Assembly: GCF_009914755.1 (NCBI RefSeq) | Contig: NC_060925.1 | DNA: 64,000 nucleotides | From: the human T2T-CHM13v2.0 reference genome, Homo sapiens | Direction: 5' to 3' (one strand) | Shown here: positions 24,474 through 42,368 of the stretch, piece by piece | Layout: the number at the start of each line of letters is the position of its first letter | Position numbering within the stretch: position 1 is the first letter of the stretch | Notes under the pieces: model-generated | Seen by the model: the letters and a program-made list of their open reading frames with translations, nothing else | What the model was told of the DNA's origin: nothing | Database searches by the model: none | Made by a program: the position numbers and the translations under genes

Positions 24474-24920
24474 TATCTAGTGCATATAGTACATTGTGTA
24501 AGTATCTTACAAGAGTATATGTCATTTCCCCCCACCATTCTTTGTGCTTTGTTGTCATGCATTTTACTGTTACTTTTGTTTAAAACGCCACACTACATCA
24601 TTATTATTTTTACTTGAAATAGCAAATTATTTTTTAAAAGAATAAAAGCGAGGGCCAGGCGCAGTGGCTCATGCCTGTAATCCCAGCACTTCAGGAGGCC
24701 GAGGCAGGCAGATCACTTGAGGCCAGGAGTTCAAGACCAGCCTGGCCAACATAGTGAAATCCTGTTTCTACTAAAAATAAAATAAATAAATAAATAAATA
24801 GCTGGCCGTGGTGGTGCACACCTGTAAAAAAAAAAAAAAAGAGAGAGAGAGTGAGTGAGAAATGTATCAGCTTACAATGCTTTGCACAGACAAATGCAAG
24901 TTTGAAGATACCTAAGTTAA

Positions 24921-25233
<313 letters not shown>

Positions 25234-25699
25234 AAAATAGTATATATTTCTTTAAAAATCACTATGTATTAGAACTTGTGGGAAAAGGCAATAACAAAAA
25301 TAAGAAAAAAATTTTTTTAATCACAGGTACTATTGAAGTATAAACAAGTTTTAGAAAGTACTGGTTATACAGGTTGTAGAAAACACTTTCACAGGACCTG
25401 AAATCAGTTTAAGGAAAATATCTGAGCCTTAAGCATTGAAGGCACTTGACTTTATACCAGCAACAGCACAATTACAAGAAATGCAGTGTTGTAGATGATT
25501 CCACCTCTCTGAAGTATGAATGGGGTACATACACAGCAAGTAGAGTTCAGGAAACTTTATCTTTCAGCCACCCCATCTAAGAGCAGGATTTTGCCTGCCA
25601 GTATAACCCAGATACACAGTCATATGCAGACACATACAACGAAGCTTCCAGAGCTTATCTGACTTCTTAGACAGAACTCACATAAGCACACAAACACAA

Positions 25700-26253
25700 A
25701 CTGAAATCATAACAAACAGTCTCTTGGACCACAGTGCAATCAAATTAGAATTTAAGATTAAGAAATTCACTCAATTGGCTGGGTGCGGTGGCTCACACCT
25801 GTAATCCCAACACTTTGGGAGGCAGAGGCAGGTGGATCGCCCGAGGTCAGGAGTTCAAGACCAGCCTGGCCAACATGGTGAAACCCCATCTCTACTAATA
25901 ATACAAAAATTAGTGGGGCATGATGCCACACACCTGTAATCCCAGCTATTCAGAAGCCTGAGGCAGGAGAATCACTTGAATATGGGAAGCGGAGGTTGCA
26001 GTGAGCCAAGATCACACCTGAGTGACAAGAGTGAAACTCCGTCTCTGAAAAAAAAAAAAAGAATCCTGAATGACTTTTGGGGTAAATAATGAAATTAAGG
26101 CAGAAATCAAAAAGTTCTTTGAAACTAGTGAGAACAAAGATACAATGTACCAGAGCCTCTGGGATGTAGCTAAAGCAGTGTTACAAGGAAAATTTATAGC
26201 TCTAAATGGCCACATCAGAAAGCTAGAAAGATCTCAAGTTAACAACCTAACAT
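25700..26253 (+). mobile_element. L1PA internal ORF2 fragment containing an Alu
   Basis: Translates [41 protein letters not shown]; flanked by a 13-bp direct repeat. Confidence 0.85.
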
Positions 26254-26363
26254 CACACAAACACAAGAGGGTATTTCAAGACACACACTTGCAAGTGCTC
26301 TTTCTACAGAAACAGCCAAAGTATTATAATATTCAGAATGTGGAAGATTGACACAGAGTCTGA

Positions 26364-26564
<201 letters not shown>

Positions 26565-27850
26565 TAGCCAGGATGGTCTCCATCTCCTGACCTTGTGATC
26601 TGCCTGCCTCGGCCTCCCAAAGTGCTGGGATTACAGGCGTAAGCCATCGCACCTGGCCAGTCTGAGGATTTTTTAGAGGAAAAAAACAAAAGACTTGGCA
26701 ATATGATAACTACATAACAGATATGGCAATCTACAGGACAAAAAGACAGCATTTCATAAAACATTGTTCATACAATGCTGTTCATGGAAAACAGTAAAAC
26801 ACCTTTTAGCAGAGTGCGTGTTAACTCTTTTAGTAAGATTATCTGTAATGAGGTTTGAAAGTAAATCACTTAGTAGGCAAAGTAAAGCATTGCAGAACCA
26901 GGAAATAGCACCCATCACTTCTGCTTTAATCGTAACTACAGAAAGCTGAAAGTCAAACAATTTTTTAAAAGGCAAAGAAGCATTTCCCTTTGAATTCAGT
27001 CCTAAGATAAAAACATGAATGTTTTATAATTAATTTCAAAATAAGTATCTTTCAAGTGTTTTATGAAACATTTTTCCCTGAGAGGCAAATTCAACATTAT
27101 GAAAACACGTATTTTGCCAGGTAGTTACTGAGAAATGTCAATCCTTCAATTCTATAGAGAAAAAGACACATGGATTTCGTCTCTGAATCCCACAGCCACT
27201 TTCATGTTCACTGCTTCTGCTTTACGTTCTGCATCGGTCTCTTAAGGTGGAGATAAAAGTATGATGCTCATTGCTAGAACATCAACAACAAATCAAAAGA
27301 AAAATCCAGTAAAGGATGGCAGGTGTAACAAAAACTGAGTTTCTGAGGAAGCAAAAACAAGAATTAGGTAAAGTTTTATAAAGAATTCTATAGAAAGACT
27401 TAAATATAAAAAACTCACTAAAAATCCTTAAAGCCTGATGGATTATTGCAATGTCAAGTTAGCTTAGGTCTACAGACATGTTGCTAGAAACGAAACTAAA
27501 GGGGGCATGTGAGAATATGTTCAAATAATTTCTGCCTTTCAGGATGTTATTTTTTTCCTTAGAAGCCACAGGTGACTTTGAACTTAAATTATTCACCAAA
27601 ATCACAAAACCAAAACAATAATATAAGAAAAAGACCAACAGCATCATTAAGAAACTTGAATCTCCTCTTCTTTCTTTAGCATCTAAATGGTAGTTATCTA
27701 AATTTAACACATAACAGGCACTGGAAGTGGTGATTGTCTGAACAGCCTGATTATCCATAGCCTCAAAAGGAGATCTGATATTTTTGTGATTTGGTTCTCA
27801 TTAAATTCCTATACCAAGTAAAATGCCAGTTCCTGTGGCCTATGTTTTAA

Positions 27851-27864
27851 GATGATAGATAGAC

Positions 27865-27912
<48 letters not shown>
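27851..27912 (+). repeat. (GATA)n tetranucleotide microsatellite
   Basis: About 14 GATA units with one GACA interruption. Confidence 0.95.
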
Positions 27913-27913
<1 letters not shown>

Positions 27914-27959
27914 TACTTTTATATAAATATAGTTTTTTCTGAGAGCAACCTTACTCAGA

Positions 27960-29480
<1,521 letters not shown>

Positions 29481-30567
29481 TTCCTCCTACCTCTGGTTTT
29501 GCATTATTCCTCAAATCTATCATTTTCCTTATAAGGTCAGAGTGATATTTCATAAATGCAAATCTAATATTATCATTTCTCACTTAAACCTCCTCAATTG
29601 CTTCCACCTGAGACTAAACCCATTCTTAAATTCTAGGTTTCATTCATCCTAAAGGGTTTTTGGAATTCACCAAGCTGTTTCATGCACCTACACCTATTTT
29701 ACTTTCTACCTTTTTATCCTGTAAAAGACAGCTCTCTGCTCCTTTGTGAAGATTTATGTAACTACTCTCTGCATTCGGGCAGTAAATTTCTTCCTCTTTT
29801 GGACCTGTGTTTTACCTCATGCTTAATTCTGTGTTCATCATACAGTATTATAATTATTTGTATATCTATCCCCTCTACTGTTTTATGAGCTCCTTAAAAG
29901 TAAGGCTTGTATCTTTTCAATGTTTCTATCCCCAGGATTTAGCACGATGCATAGTACATAGTAGATATATGAATTCAAAATTCATTTGAATTTTCAGAAT
30001 TCATTTGAGAATTCAGAATTAGTCCAACCATCTCTACCTCCAAAATAGATCCCAGATTTGTTCTCTTCTATCTCATCTGTGTTACCCTAATTCAAGTCAT
30101 TATTTTATCTTGCCTAGATTACTGTAAGTCTTATAAGTATCTCCCTGCTTTTTCTTCAACAATTCATTCTCTATGCAACGGCCAAAGTAATCTTTTTAAA
30201 CATAAATCAGATTACCGCAATCTCCTCAAAACCTTCCAATGCCTCCCTATTGTACTAAAATTCCAGTCTGGGAGCCATGGCTCACACCTGTAACCCCAAA
30301 ACTCTGGGAGGCCGAGGTGGGGGATTGCTTGAGGCCAGGAATTCAAGCTCATCCTGAGCCACATAGTGAAACCCCATCAATACAAAAAATAAAAAAATTA
30401 GTTGGGTATGGTTGCCTGCACCTATAGTCCCAGCTACTCAGGAGACTGAGGCAGGAGATCACTTGAGCCTAAGGGGTCAAGGCTGCAATAAGCTATGATT
30501 GTGCCACTGCACTCCAGCCTGGGAGACAGAGCAAGACCCTGTCTGTAAAAATAAAATAAGTAAATAA

Positions 30568-30931
<364 letters not shown>

Positions 30932-31824
30932 TGATCCTCCCACCTCAGCCTCTCAAAGTGCTAGGATTACAGGCATGAGCCACCGCACCCAGCCGGCTGT
31001 TACGTTTCTTAAACATACCACACTTAATTCTGCCTTAAGTCTTTGTATTTCTTCCTTCTGGCTGTAAGGGTCTATTTCCAAATTTGGGCATGGCTGACTC
31101 TTAAATATTATTCAGATTTCATCTCTAATATCACTTCCTTAGAAGGGCCTTAATGGGCCTACAGGTAGAGTAGAACCCCAGAAGGGGAAAAAGAACCCTG
31201 TGGTGTGGAATAGAATTGGAATTAGAGGTATAATTATGTATGTATGTATGTATGTATATGCATAGTGTGTGTTAATTTACACTGATACCTCTAACATCAT
31301 ATATTCATACTATGTATATTCATATTGACAACTCATCCCAGTGGCAATGAACACAGTTAATACCCAGATCTTGGTGTCTAAAAACTATTTCCCACTCAAA
31401 GGAACAACACTCCTTGGAAAAATGGCTGATTTCAGGGCCAGGTCAAAGAAAATATGAAGTGATTCTGGAACATTTTCTTGTGCCTAAAGTAAAGCAGTGC
31501 TTATAAATTGATGACACCATGCCAAGAGGACATCTAAGCCAGCTTGAAGGGGCTTCCCTGGTCAAATTAGGAAATATTTGAAATTAAAATGAATGACTAC
31601 ATTTATGTAACAGATTATAATATATTGAATAAAAAATAATCCAGCCAGGTGTGGTGGCTCATGCATGTAATCCCAACACTTTGGGAGGCTGAGGCAGGAG
31701 GATCACTTGAGCCCAGGAGTTCAAGGCTGTAGTGAGCTATGAGTGAGCCACTGTGCTCCAGCCTGGGTGACAGAGTGAGACCCTGACTCAAAAAAAAAAA
31801 AAATCCGTGGGCCCATACTGATAG

Positions 31825-32515
31825 TGAGAGGTGAAGCCTGCTGGGCTTCTGGGTCGGGTGGGGGCTAGGAGACCTTTTCTGTCTAGCTAAAGGATTGTAA
31901 ATGCACCAATCAGCACTCTGTGTCTAGCTAAAGGTTTGTAAATGCACCAATCAGCGCTCTGTGTCTAGCTAATCAGGTGGGGACTTGGAGAACTTTTGTG
32001 TCTAGCTAAAGGATTGTAAACGCACCAGTCAGCACTCTGTGTCTAACTGAAGGTTTGTAAATGCACCAATCAGCACTCTGTCAAAACAGACCAATCAGCT
32101 CTCTGTAAAACGGACCAATCAGCTCTCTGTAAAATGGACCAATCAGCAGGATCTGGGTGCGGCCAATTAAGGGACTAAAAGCAGGCCACCGGAGCCAGCA
32201 GGCAATCTCTCAGAACCCTTTTTATACTGTGGAAGCTTTGTTCTTTCGCTCTTCACAATAAATCTTGCTGCTGCTCACTCTTTGGGTCCAGGCCGCCTTT
32301 AAGAGCTGTAACACTCACCAGAAAGGTCTGCAGCTCCGCTCCTGAAGTCAGTGAGACCACGAACCCACCAGAAGGAAGAGACTCTGCACACGTCCGAACA
32401 TCAGAAGGAACAAACTCAGGACACGCTATCTTTAAGAATTGTAATACTCACCGTGAGGGTCCATGGCTTCATTCTTGAAGTCAGCGAGACCAAGAACCCA
32501 CCAATTCCGGACACA
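31825..32515 (+). mobile_element. LTR12 (ERV9) solo LTR
   Basis: TGAGAGGTGAAG...CCAATTCCGGACACA, 691 bp, 4-bp TSD ATAG, tandem CCAAT-containing U3 repeats, AATAAA at 32257-32262. Confidence 0.93.
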
Positions 32516-32519
32516 ATAG

Positions 32520-32870
32520 CAACCATCACCGTGAACAATTTTAGAACATTTTCATCACCACAAAAAGAAATCTCATACCCATTAGCAATCACTCCCCGTT
32601 TCTCCCCCAGTCTCTGCAACCATCAGGCCCAGACAACCACTAATGTACTTTCTGTCTCTCTAGATTTACGTATTCTGGATATCTCATATATATGGAATTA
32701 CACATATGTGGTCTTCTGGGGCTGGCTTTCTTCACTTAGGTTGTTTTCAAGTTTCCTCCGTGTTACAGCATGTATCAGGACTTCATTCTTTTTATTGGTG
32801 AATGAATATTCTATTGTACAAACATACCAAATTCTGCTTATCCGTTCATCAGCTGATGAACATTAAGGTT
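32520..32870 (-). mobile_element. L1MB-type 3' fragment
   Basis: ttttagaacattttcatcac...ccactaatgtactttctgtctc is typical of an L1MB 3'UTR in reverse. Confidence 0.7.
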
Positions 32871-35189
32871 GGGACTAAGTTTTAATGTAAGTTGTTTACC
32901 GACACAAGATAGCAAACTAAGTTACTTGTGTACTATATCCTGAGATGTTACCGACTCTGAAAAGAGTCACAGAAAAGAAAAGGTGGAAAATAGGCTGAAT
33001 ATGTAAAAAGTATTCATCTCAGCCAAAGCTACAGCCCAGTTATTTAAGCTATAGAGTTAGGCATTAGCAATGACATGATGAGCCATATTGAAATCTAAGA
33101 TAAAGGGGAAAATATACATGTTTTCATGTATTTTTAGTGGTTAATTTTTTCGTAAGTAAATCATGAGTATTTTTAAAAATTAACAGATTTTTAAAATACT
33201 AATGAATTTGTTTCTATTAAAACCAGAAAAGTAGGACAGGCATGATAGCTTACACCTGTAATCCCAGCAATTTGGGAGGCTGAGGCAGGAGGATCGCTTG
33301 AGCCCAGGAGATTGAAATCTGCCTGGGCGGCATAGTGAGACCATGTCTCTACAAAAAAATAGAAAAAAATTAGCTGGGCATGGTGGTACACACCTTTAGT
33401 CCCAGCTACTCAGGAAGCCAAAGTGGAAGGATAGATAGCCTGAGCCCAGGAGGTCGAGGCTGCAGTGAGCCATGATCATGCCACTGCACTCCAGTCTGGG
33501 CAAAGAGCAAGACCGTGTCTCAAAAAAACAAAAACACAGGCCGGGGCAGTGGCTCAAGCCCGTAATCCCAGCACTTTGGGAGACCAAGGTGGGTGGATCA
33601 CCTGAGATCAGGAAAAGACCAGCCTGGCCAATGTGGCGAAACCCCATCTCTACTGAAAATACAAAAATTAGCCGGGTGTAGTGGCAGGCGCCAGTAATCC
33701 CAGTTACTCAGGAGACAGGTAGGAGAATTGCTTGAAGGCAGGAGGCAGAGGTTGCAGTGAGCTGAGATCGCACCACTGCACTCTGGCCTGGGCAATAGAG
33801 TGAGACTCCATCTCAAAAAAACAAAAACAAAAAAAACAAAACAGAAACCCGAACACATAAAGTTATACTAAATTCTGGTCTGTGTATATACAAAATATTT
33901 AAACCTGAAATAATGTGAGTTTTAAAACAGCTACTTTTCAGTATTTTTCAACCACTTTAATGTTCTGAGAAATAAATAACCAGCATATACTAGCTGCATA
34001 AAATTAGTTAAGGAGTCCTCTCTATTTCTAATCTCAGAAACAGCAAGGTTATCTGTACCTTAGAAAATGTGCTAAAACTCACTTTGGTACATTTTTGTGA
34101 GCAGACTTTTAAAATTACTGATGCTTTTTGCTTGTTTGTTTTGTTTTGTTTTGTTTTGTTTTGTTTGAGAAGTGGTCTTGCTTATGTTGCTCAGGCCGGT
34201 TTCAAACACCTGGGCTCAAGCAATCCTCTCACCTCAGTTTCCCAAGTAGCTGGGATTATAGATTTGAGCCACAGCACCTAGCTTGATTCTTTTTTTTTTT
34301 TTTTTTTTTTTTTTGACAGGATCTCACTCTTTCATCCAGGATGGAGCACAGTGAGGTGATCATGGCTCACTGCAGCCTTGACCTCCTGCACTCAAGTGAT
34401 CCTCTCACCTCAGCCTCCTGAGTACTGGGACTAGAGGTTCACACCACCATACCTGACTAATTTTTTTTTAATAAAAATAGGATCTTGCTATGTTGACCAA
34501 GCTGGTCTCAGCCTCCAAAAGGGCTGGGATTATAGGCGTGAGCCCCTGAACTCAGCTCAATTCAATTTGTTATCATTATGGTATTAGCCAGGTTTCCAAT
34601 GTCTTCTTGAGTTAATCCTGTTGACTTATACTTTTCTAAGTAATTACCCATTTTCATGTAAGCTTTCAAATTTACTGGCATAAAGTTATAGTTACTCTCT
34701 TATGATTTTTCATCTCAGCTGGGCATGGTGGCTCACGCCTGTAATCCCAGCACTTTGGGAGGCAAAGGTGGGCAGATCACCTGAGGTCAGGAGTTCGAGA
34801 CCAGCCTGGCCAACATCGTGAAACCCCATCTCTACTAAAAATACAAAAATTAGCAGGGCATGGTGGTGGGTGCCTGTAATCCCATCTACTTGGGAGGCTG
34901 AGGCAGGAGAATCGCTTGAACCCAGGAGGCAGGCAGAGGTTGCAGGGAACCAAGATCACACCACTGCGCTCCAGCAGCCTGGGCAACAAAAGTGAGACTC
35001 CATCTCAAAAAAAAAAAAAAAAGGATTTTTCATCTCTGCTATACAGGTAGTTGTTGCTCATTTTTAATTCTTATGTATTTGTACCTTTGCTTCTTTTCCC
35101 TAAAATGATCTTAACAGGATTTATTTCACTATATTTTTTCATAGAGCCAGCTTTCAGTTTATTGATGCCCTTAAATGTTTGCTTCCACT

Positions 35190-36268
<1,079 letters not shown>

Positions 36269-36548
36269 TGGCCAGGCGCGGTGGCTCACACCTGTAATCC
36301 CAGCACTTCGGGAGGCTGAAGTGAGCGGATCACCTGAGGTCAGGAGTTCAAGACCAGCCTGGCCAACATGGCAAAACCTCATATCTACTAAAAATACAAA
36401 AATTAGCCAGGTGTGATGGCACACGACTGTAGTCCTAGCTACTCAGGAGGCTAAGATGGGAGAATCGCTTGAACTTAGGAAGCAGAGGCTGCAGTGAGCC
36501 AAGATTGTGCCACTGCACTTCAGCCTGGGCAACAGAGCAAGACTCTGC

Positions 36549-36579
<31 letters not shown>

Positions 36580-38309
36580 AAATGGCCGGGCACAGTAACT
36601 CACACCTGTAGTCCCAGGTACTCAGGAGGCTGAAGTAGGAGGATCACTTGAGCCCAGAAGTTTGAGACCAGCCTGGGCAACATAGCAAGACCCAGTCTCT
36701 ACTTTTTAAAAAAATTCAATCTTTTTTTCATGTTAATGAGGAACAGTATTTTTAAACTTTTAATAATATTGCAAATAACAGAAAGCAAAATATTAAAATA
36801 TTCTTTTAAAAGGCACTTCAATCAAAGTGTTCTTTTAATCAGAGACCAGGTCAATCTTCCTCAGGGGTGGGAAAAAAACAGAGGAATTAGATGAAAGTAC
36901 TCTTTGATTTATCTGAAAAGGATTTAAGCATTTTTAATTTCCATATGCTTTTACAGCCTTTTGATTCATTTAGTTTTAAGTTTTTGGCATAGTTGAAACT
37001 TTCATTGTGGCTCCTGATCAGAGGTATATGCCTACATTAATAGGATAAAGGAAGATGTGTTAAAGAACTACCACACCAATTTTCTATTTTGAATAATTTT
37101 TAAGAAGGCGAATGAGGCTTTTTTCTTTATTCGACAACTTTTAGAAAGAAATTTTGCATTTTGTTTTATTTTTCAAAGGTTTAAAATAGCAACTTGGATG
37201 GAAAGTTTGAATTATGTAATAAACAATGCCAGGTTTTCAGAGCCTGAAGCAAAAGCCAGCTGCTGGGACCTAGGGAAGAAGGGACAACAGTATTCCTCAA
37301 ATACAGAGAGGGATCGGCTACTGTTGGATCTTCTAAGATCTTTATTGACCCAGAGAGTCTGTCACTGTCCTCAGTCACAAAAACTAAAACATATGCTCCT
37401 TTCATTTTGGCACTCTCCACTGCCTCCAGTGAGAACTTCCAGGACTATCCTTTCTGTGTATTTGGGGAAGGGGAAGGGAGGAGTTTGTCAGGGGATTGGG
37501 AGACAAAGCAGGTTACTCTCATCTAGCTTCTCCTAGTGTGTTGCTACAGTGAGGGCTTTTCTGGAGCGGGAGACAGAAAATCCCCCTTCTCAACTGAGGA
37601 GCAATACGGGTATAGTAAATATGTTTGTGTGACTGCCCTGTCCTAGCCTCCTTCTTTGAAATCACCCCCCAGCAACAACCCATACAGTAGGGGCTTGGTG
37701 GCCATAACTGTACTAGGAGATGACATCGTTTTGACTATAGCAGACTGGATGGGGGTTTACACCTGCTCCAAGTTGAGTTAAATTATTTTTCTCTTACAAA
37801 TTTGGATTTTTTTTTTTTTTTTTTGAGATAGAGTCTTGGTCTATCATCCAGACTGGAGTGTAGTGGTGCAATCTTGGCTCACTGCAGCCCAACTCCTGGG
37901 CTCAAGTGATCCTCCTGCCTCAGCCCCAAGAAGCTGGGACTACAGGTGTGTGTCACCACACTCAGCTAATTTTTTTTTTTTCTGTAGAGATGAGGTTTCG
38001 CCATATTGCCCAGGCTGGTCTCAGACTTGTGGGCTCAAGCAGTACTCCTGCCTTGGCCTCTGAAAGTGCTGGGATAACAGGTGTATGCCACTGTGCCTGG
38101 GCTAAATTTGGAATTTTAATCTTCTGCTTCTAAGGCTGAGAAAAAAGAAGAAAAAACAATAATAAAAGAAAAAAATTGGAATTGATATTTAGAGATGATA
38201 GGATTTAACTGGGAAAACCAGAAGTTGTCTGAATGAATTCCAAATACGAGGGTTGCTAAGCTTTTACAGAACGTCTACGTGATGATGGTGAAGGTAGGGA
38301 AGGGTCAGC

Positions 38310-38530
38310 GCCACTTAAGGCCAGGCATTTGGAGTTTGAATTCCACCTCTGCCACTTACTCAACCTGTAACATTGGGCACATTACTTAATCTTCCCCAAG
38401 GTTAAATTTCCAAATAAGAAAAATGCAGTTAAGAGTGCTTGCCTTGCAGCTTCGGTATGAGTATTAAGTAAGATAAATGATGTAAGATAGTTATCATAAT
38501 TACTGAAATATAATAGATATTCAATAAATA
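38310..38530 (+). mobile_element. MIR SINE
   Basis: MIR core ttgaattccacctctgccacttact...ttgggcacattacttaatct. Confidence 0.7.
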
Positions 38531-38829
38531 TCAACACCATGGCCAGGCATGGGTGGCTCATGCGTGCAATCCTAGCACTTCAGGAGGCTGAGGTGGGAGG
38601 ATTGCTTGAGGCCAGAAGTTCAAGACCAACCTGGCTAACATAGTGAAACCCTGTCTCTATTTTTTTGAATAAAAATACAAAAAAATTTTAATCAATACCT
38701 TATTGCTAGAAAATTTATCCACAAGTTTCCACTTCAAAAATTCTGCAAGTGTAAACATCTGTTTGAGGCCAGGCACAGCAGCCCACGTCTATAATCCCAG
38801 CAGTTTGGGAAGCCGAGGTGGGCAGATCA

Positions 38830-39042
<213 letters not shown>

Positions 39043-39599
39043 TCAGTCTCAAAAAAAAAAAAAAAAAGAAAAGAAAAAGAAGTCTGTTTGATTTGACTTA
39101 GAATTAACGATATCTTGACTTTAATGATAATTTGACTTTGAGCAACATTGTCTAGACCATGTTTTCAAAGGCAGTGACCCATTAGTCTGTTGTGAAATGA
39201 ATGTGGTTGGTCATGGGCAATATTTTTGTAAATAAATATTTTGAGTAACATAGCATCTATCAACGCTACATTAGCATCCTGATATTTTGGTTGATCTGAG
39301 AGGTTTTGATGTATTTGACATCCTGTTTACAAAAGACAACTATAATTTACCTAACTGTAAGGCAGGAATTCCCAACCACTATGCCTCAAGGATTTTACAA
39401 AGTTTCCCATACGTCCTCCACCAGCTCTCAGAAAGTTAAGAGAAGCTGCCTATATTTACCCGGTGTGTTAGTTTGGGAAGCACTGCCAAAGGAAGGAGAT
39501 GGTTAAAATTTTTGTAATTAACACTGTATAGAGTGTAGAGTTTAAAACATTTTTGCCATTAATAGTCAAATGTGGATTAGAATTAATATACCCTAAAGC

Positions 39600-40015
39600 C
39601 TCCTACTCAAAATGTGTTCCTCAGACCAGAAGCACCAACATCATCTGGAAGTTTGTTGGAAATGCAGAATTTCAGGCCCCTCCAGACCTACATTAAAGTT
39701 TGAGGCCAGCGCGGTGGCTCACGCCTGTAATCCTGGCACTTTGGGAGGCTGAAGTGGGTGGATCACGAGGTTAGGAGATCGAGACCATCCTGGCTAATAC
39801 GGTGAAACCCCGTATCTACTGAAAATACAAAACATTAGCCAGGCATGGTGGCAGGCACCTGTAGTCGCAGCTGCTCAGGAGGCTGAGGCAAGGGAATGGC
39901 GTGAACGCGGGAGGCGGAGCTTGCAGTGAGCCGAGATTGTGCCACTGCACTCCAGCCTGGGTGACAGAGCAAGACTCCATCTCAAAAAAAAAAAAAAAAA
40001 GTTTGAATACCATTG
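39600..40015. mobile_element. MER5A-type hAT relic interrupted by AluY (39704-39997)
   Basis: ctactcaaaatgtg...gaaatgcagaatttcaggccc; the Alu has TSD aaagtttga. Confidence 0.7.
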
Positions 40016-40462
40016 TACTGAAGGAAACATACAGTCAGTTACTTAACTTATTTTTTCATTTTCTTTCTTTCTTTCTTTTTTTTTTTTCTTTTTTGAGACA
40101 GGGTCTCACCATTTTGCCCAAGCTGGTCTCAAACTCCTGGGCTCAAGCAATCCTCCTGCTTCGGCCTCCCAAAGCATTGAGATTACAGGCGTGAGTCACA
40201 GCACCCAGCCAAGTGACTTAACTTTTGTTAACAACTTCATGCAAAGATAATAATTTTCTGAAAAATAATTATTTAAAATATACCCACTGCTGGCCGGGCA
40301 TGGTGGCTCACACCTGTAATCCCAGCACTTTGGGAGGCTGAGGCGGACAGCTTACTTGAGGTCAGGAGTTCAAGAGCAGCCTGGCCAACATGGCAAAAAC
40401 TGCTCTCTACTAAAAATACAAAAATCAGCCGGGCATGGTGGAGCATGCCTGTAGTCTACTCA

Positions 40463-40561
<99 letters not shown>

Positions 40562-40955
40562 TTATCTCAAAAACATAAAATAAAATAAGGCCGGGTGTGG
40601 TGGTTAACGCCCGTAATCCCAGCACTTTGGGAGGCAGAGGCGGGTGGATCACTTCAGGTCTGGAGCTCGAGACCAGCCTAGCCAATATGGTGAAACCTCA
40701 TCTGTACCAAAAATATAAAAACATTAGCCGGGTGTGGTGGTGCATGCCTGTAATCCCAGATATTCGGGAGGCTAAGGCAGGATAATCGCTTGAACCCGGG
40801 AGGTGGAGGTTTCAGTGAGCCAAGATCGTGCCACTGCACTCCAGCCTAGGCAACAGAGTGAGACTCTGTCTCAAAATTAATTAATTAATTAATTAATTAA
40901 AATACAAATACAAAAATTAGCCAGGCATGGTGGTGTGTGCCTGTAATCCCAGCTA

Positions 40956-41063
<108 letters not shown>

Positions 41064-42368
41064 TCAAAAAATAAATAAATAAATGAAGTATACCCACTGC
41101 CACATCAGCATAAAGATTAGTGTTTTGTATCTCTTGCTGACTGCCTATAAAATCATGCAATCATTGTAGAGAGTTTTGAAAATGCAGAAAGTGGGAAAAA
41201 CTATCCATAACTTAAAAGTTCACAATTGCATTCACTTTTCTTCTCTTAAACATAAAAATATACATATTTACAAAATTGGGATTATGGCATATATAAGATT
41301 TATATCTTACTTTTTACTTATGTATCATGACTATTTTCAGCAGTGCTTTTTAAAAAAAATTAGAATGGTGACTATTTAAGATTTCCTGAGTATAAAGTAA
41401 AATGATGAGTGAAGGCAGGCAATAAATGTGACATCCAGTTATAAAACATCAGAGTTGGGCTGGATGTGGTGGCTCAGACCTGTAATCCTAGCACTTTGGG
41501 AGGCCAGGGCAGGAAGATTGCTTGAGCCCAGGAGTTCAAGACCAGCCTAGGCAATGGAGCAAGACCCCATCTGTAAAAATAATTAAAAGGCCAGGTGTGG
41601 TGGTTCATGCCTGTAATCCCAGCACTTTGGGAGGCCAAGGCAGGAGGATCACTTGAGGCCAGGAGTTCAAGGCTGAAGTGAGCTATGATCCTGCCACTGA
41701 ACTCCAGTTGGGTGACAGAGTGAGATCTTGTCTTTAAAAAGAAAGGGGACTGGGTGCAGTGGCTCATGCTTGCAGTCAGGAGTTTGAGACTAGCCTGGCC
41801 AACGTGGTGAAACCTCGTCTCTACCAAAAATACAAAAATGAGCCAGGCAGTGTGGTGGTAGGTGCCTGTAATCCTAGCTACTCAGGGGGCTGAGGCAGGA
41901 GAATCGCTTGAACCCAGGAGGCAGGGGTTGCAGTGAGCCGAGATCATGCCACTGCACCCCAACCTGGGTGACAGAGCAAGACTTTGTCTCAAAATATAAA
42001 AAATAATTTTTTTAAAAAATTAGCCAAACGTGGTGTTACTGCACCTATAGTCCTAGCTACTCAGGAGGCTGAAGCGGGAGGATCACTTGAGCCCAGGAGA
42101 CTGAAGTTGCAGTGAGCTATAATCACAGCTCTGCACTCCAGCCTAGGTGACAGAGTGAGAATATCTCCCTAAGAAATAATAATAATAATAATTAATAAAT
42201 AAAATAAAATATCAGAGTTGAAATAGGCCTTAGACATTATCTTGTTTAAAATTTTTGGTTATAGTTGGACAGACTTAAGCCCAGGAAGCAAAACTGACTC
42301 ATCAAAGATAATTTGCTTAGGTAAACAAATTTATTGATTGAACTATTATTATGTATCAGAATCTGTGG

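Noticed and set aside
31870-32150. Short repeat array that superficially resembles CRISPR
   Set aside because: No unique spacers; these are the normal U3 tandem repeats of LTR12 in eukaryotic DNA.
32351-32866. 171-aa ORF
   Set aside because: Chance fusion of the LTR12 3' end with an antisense L1MB fragment.
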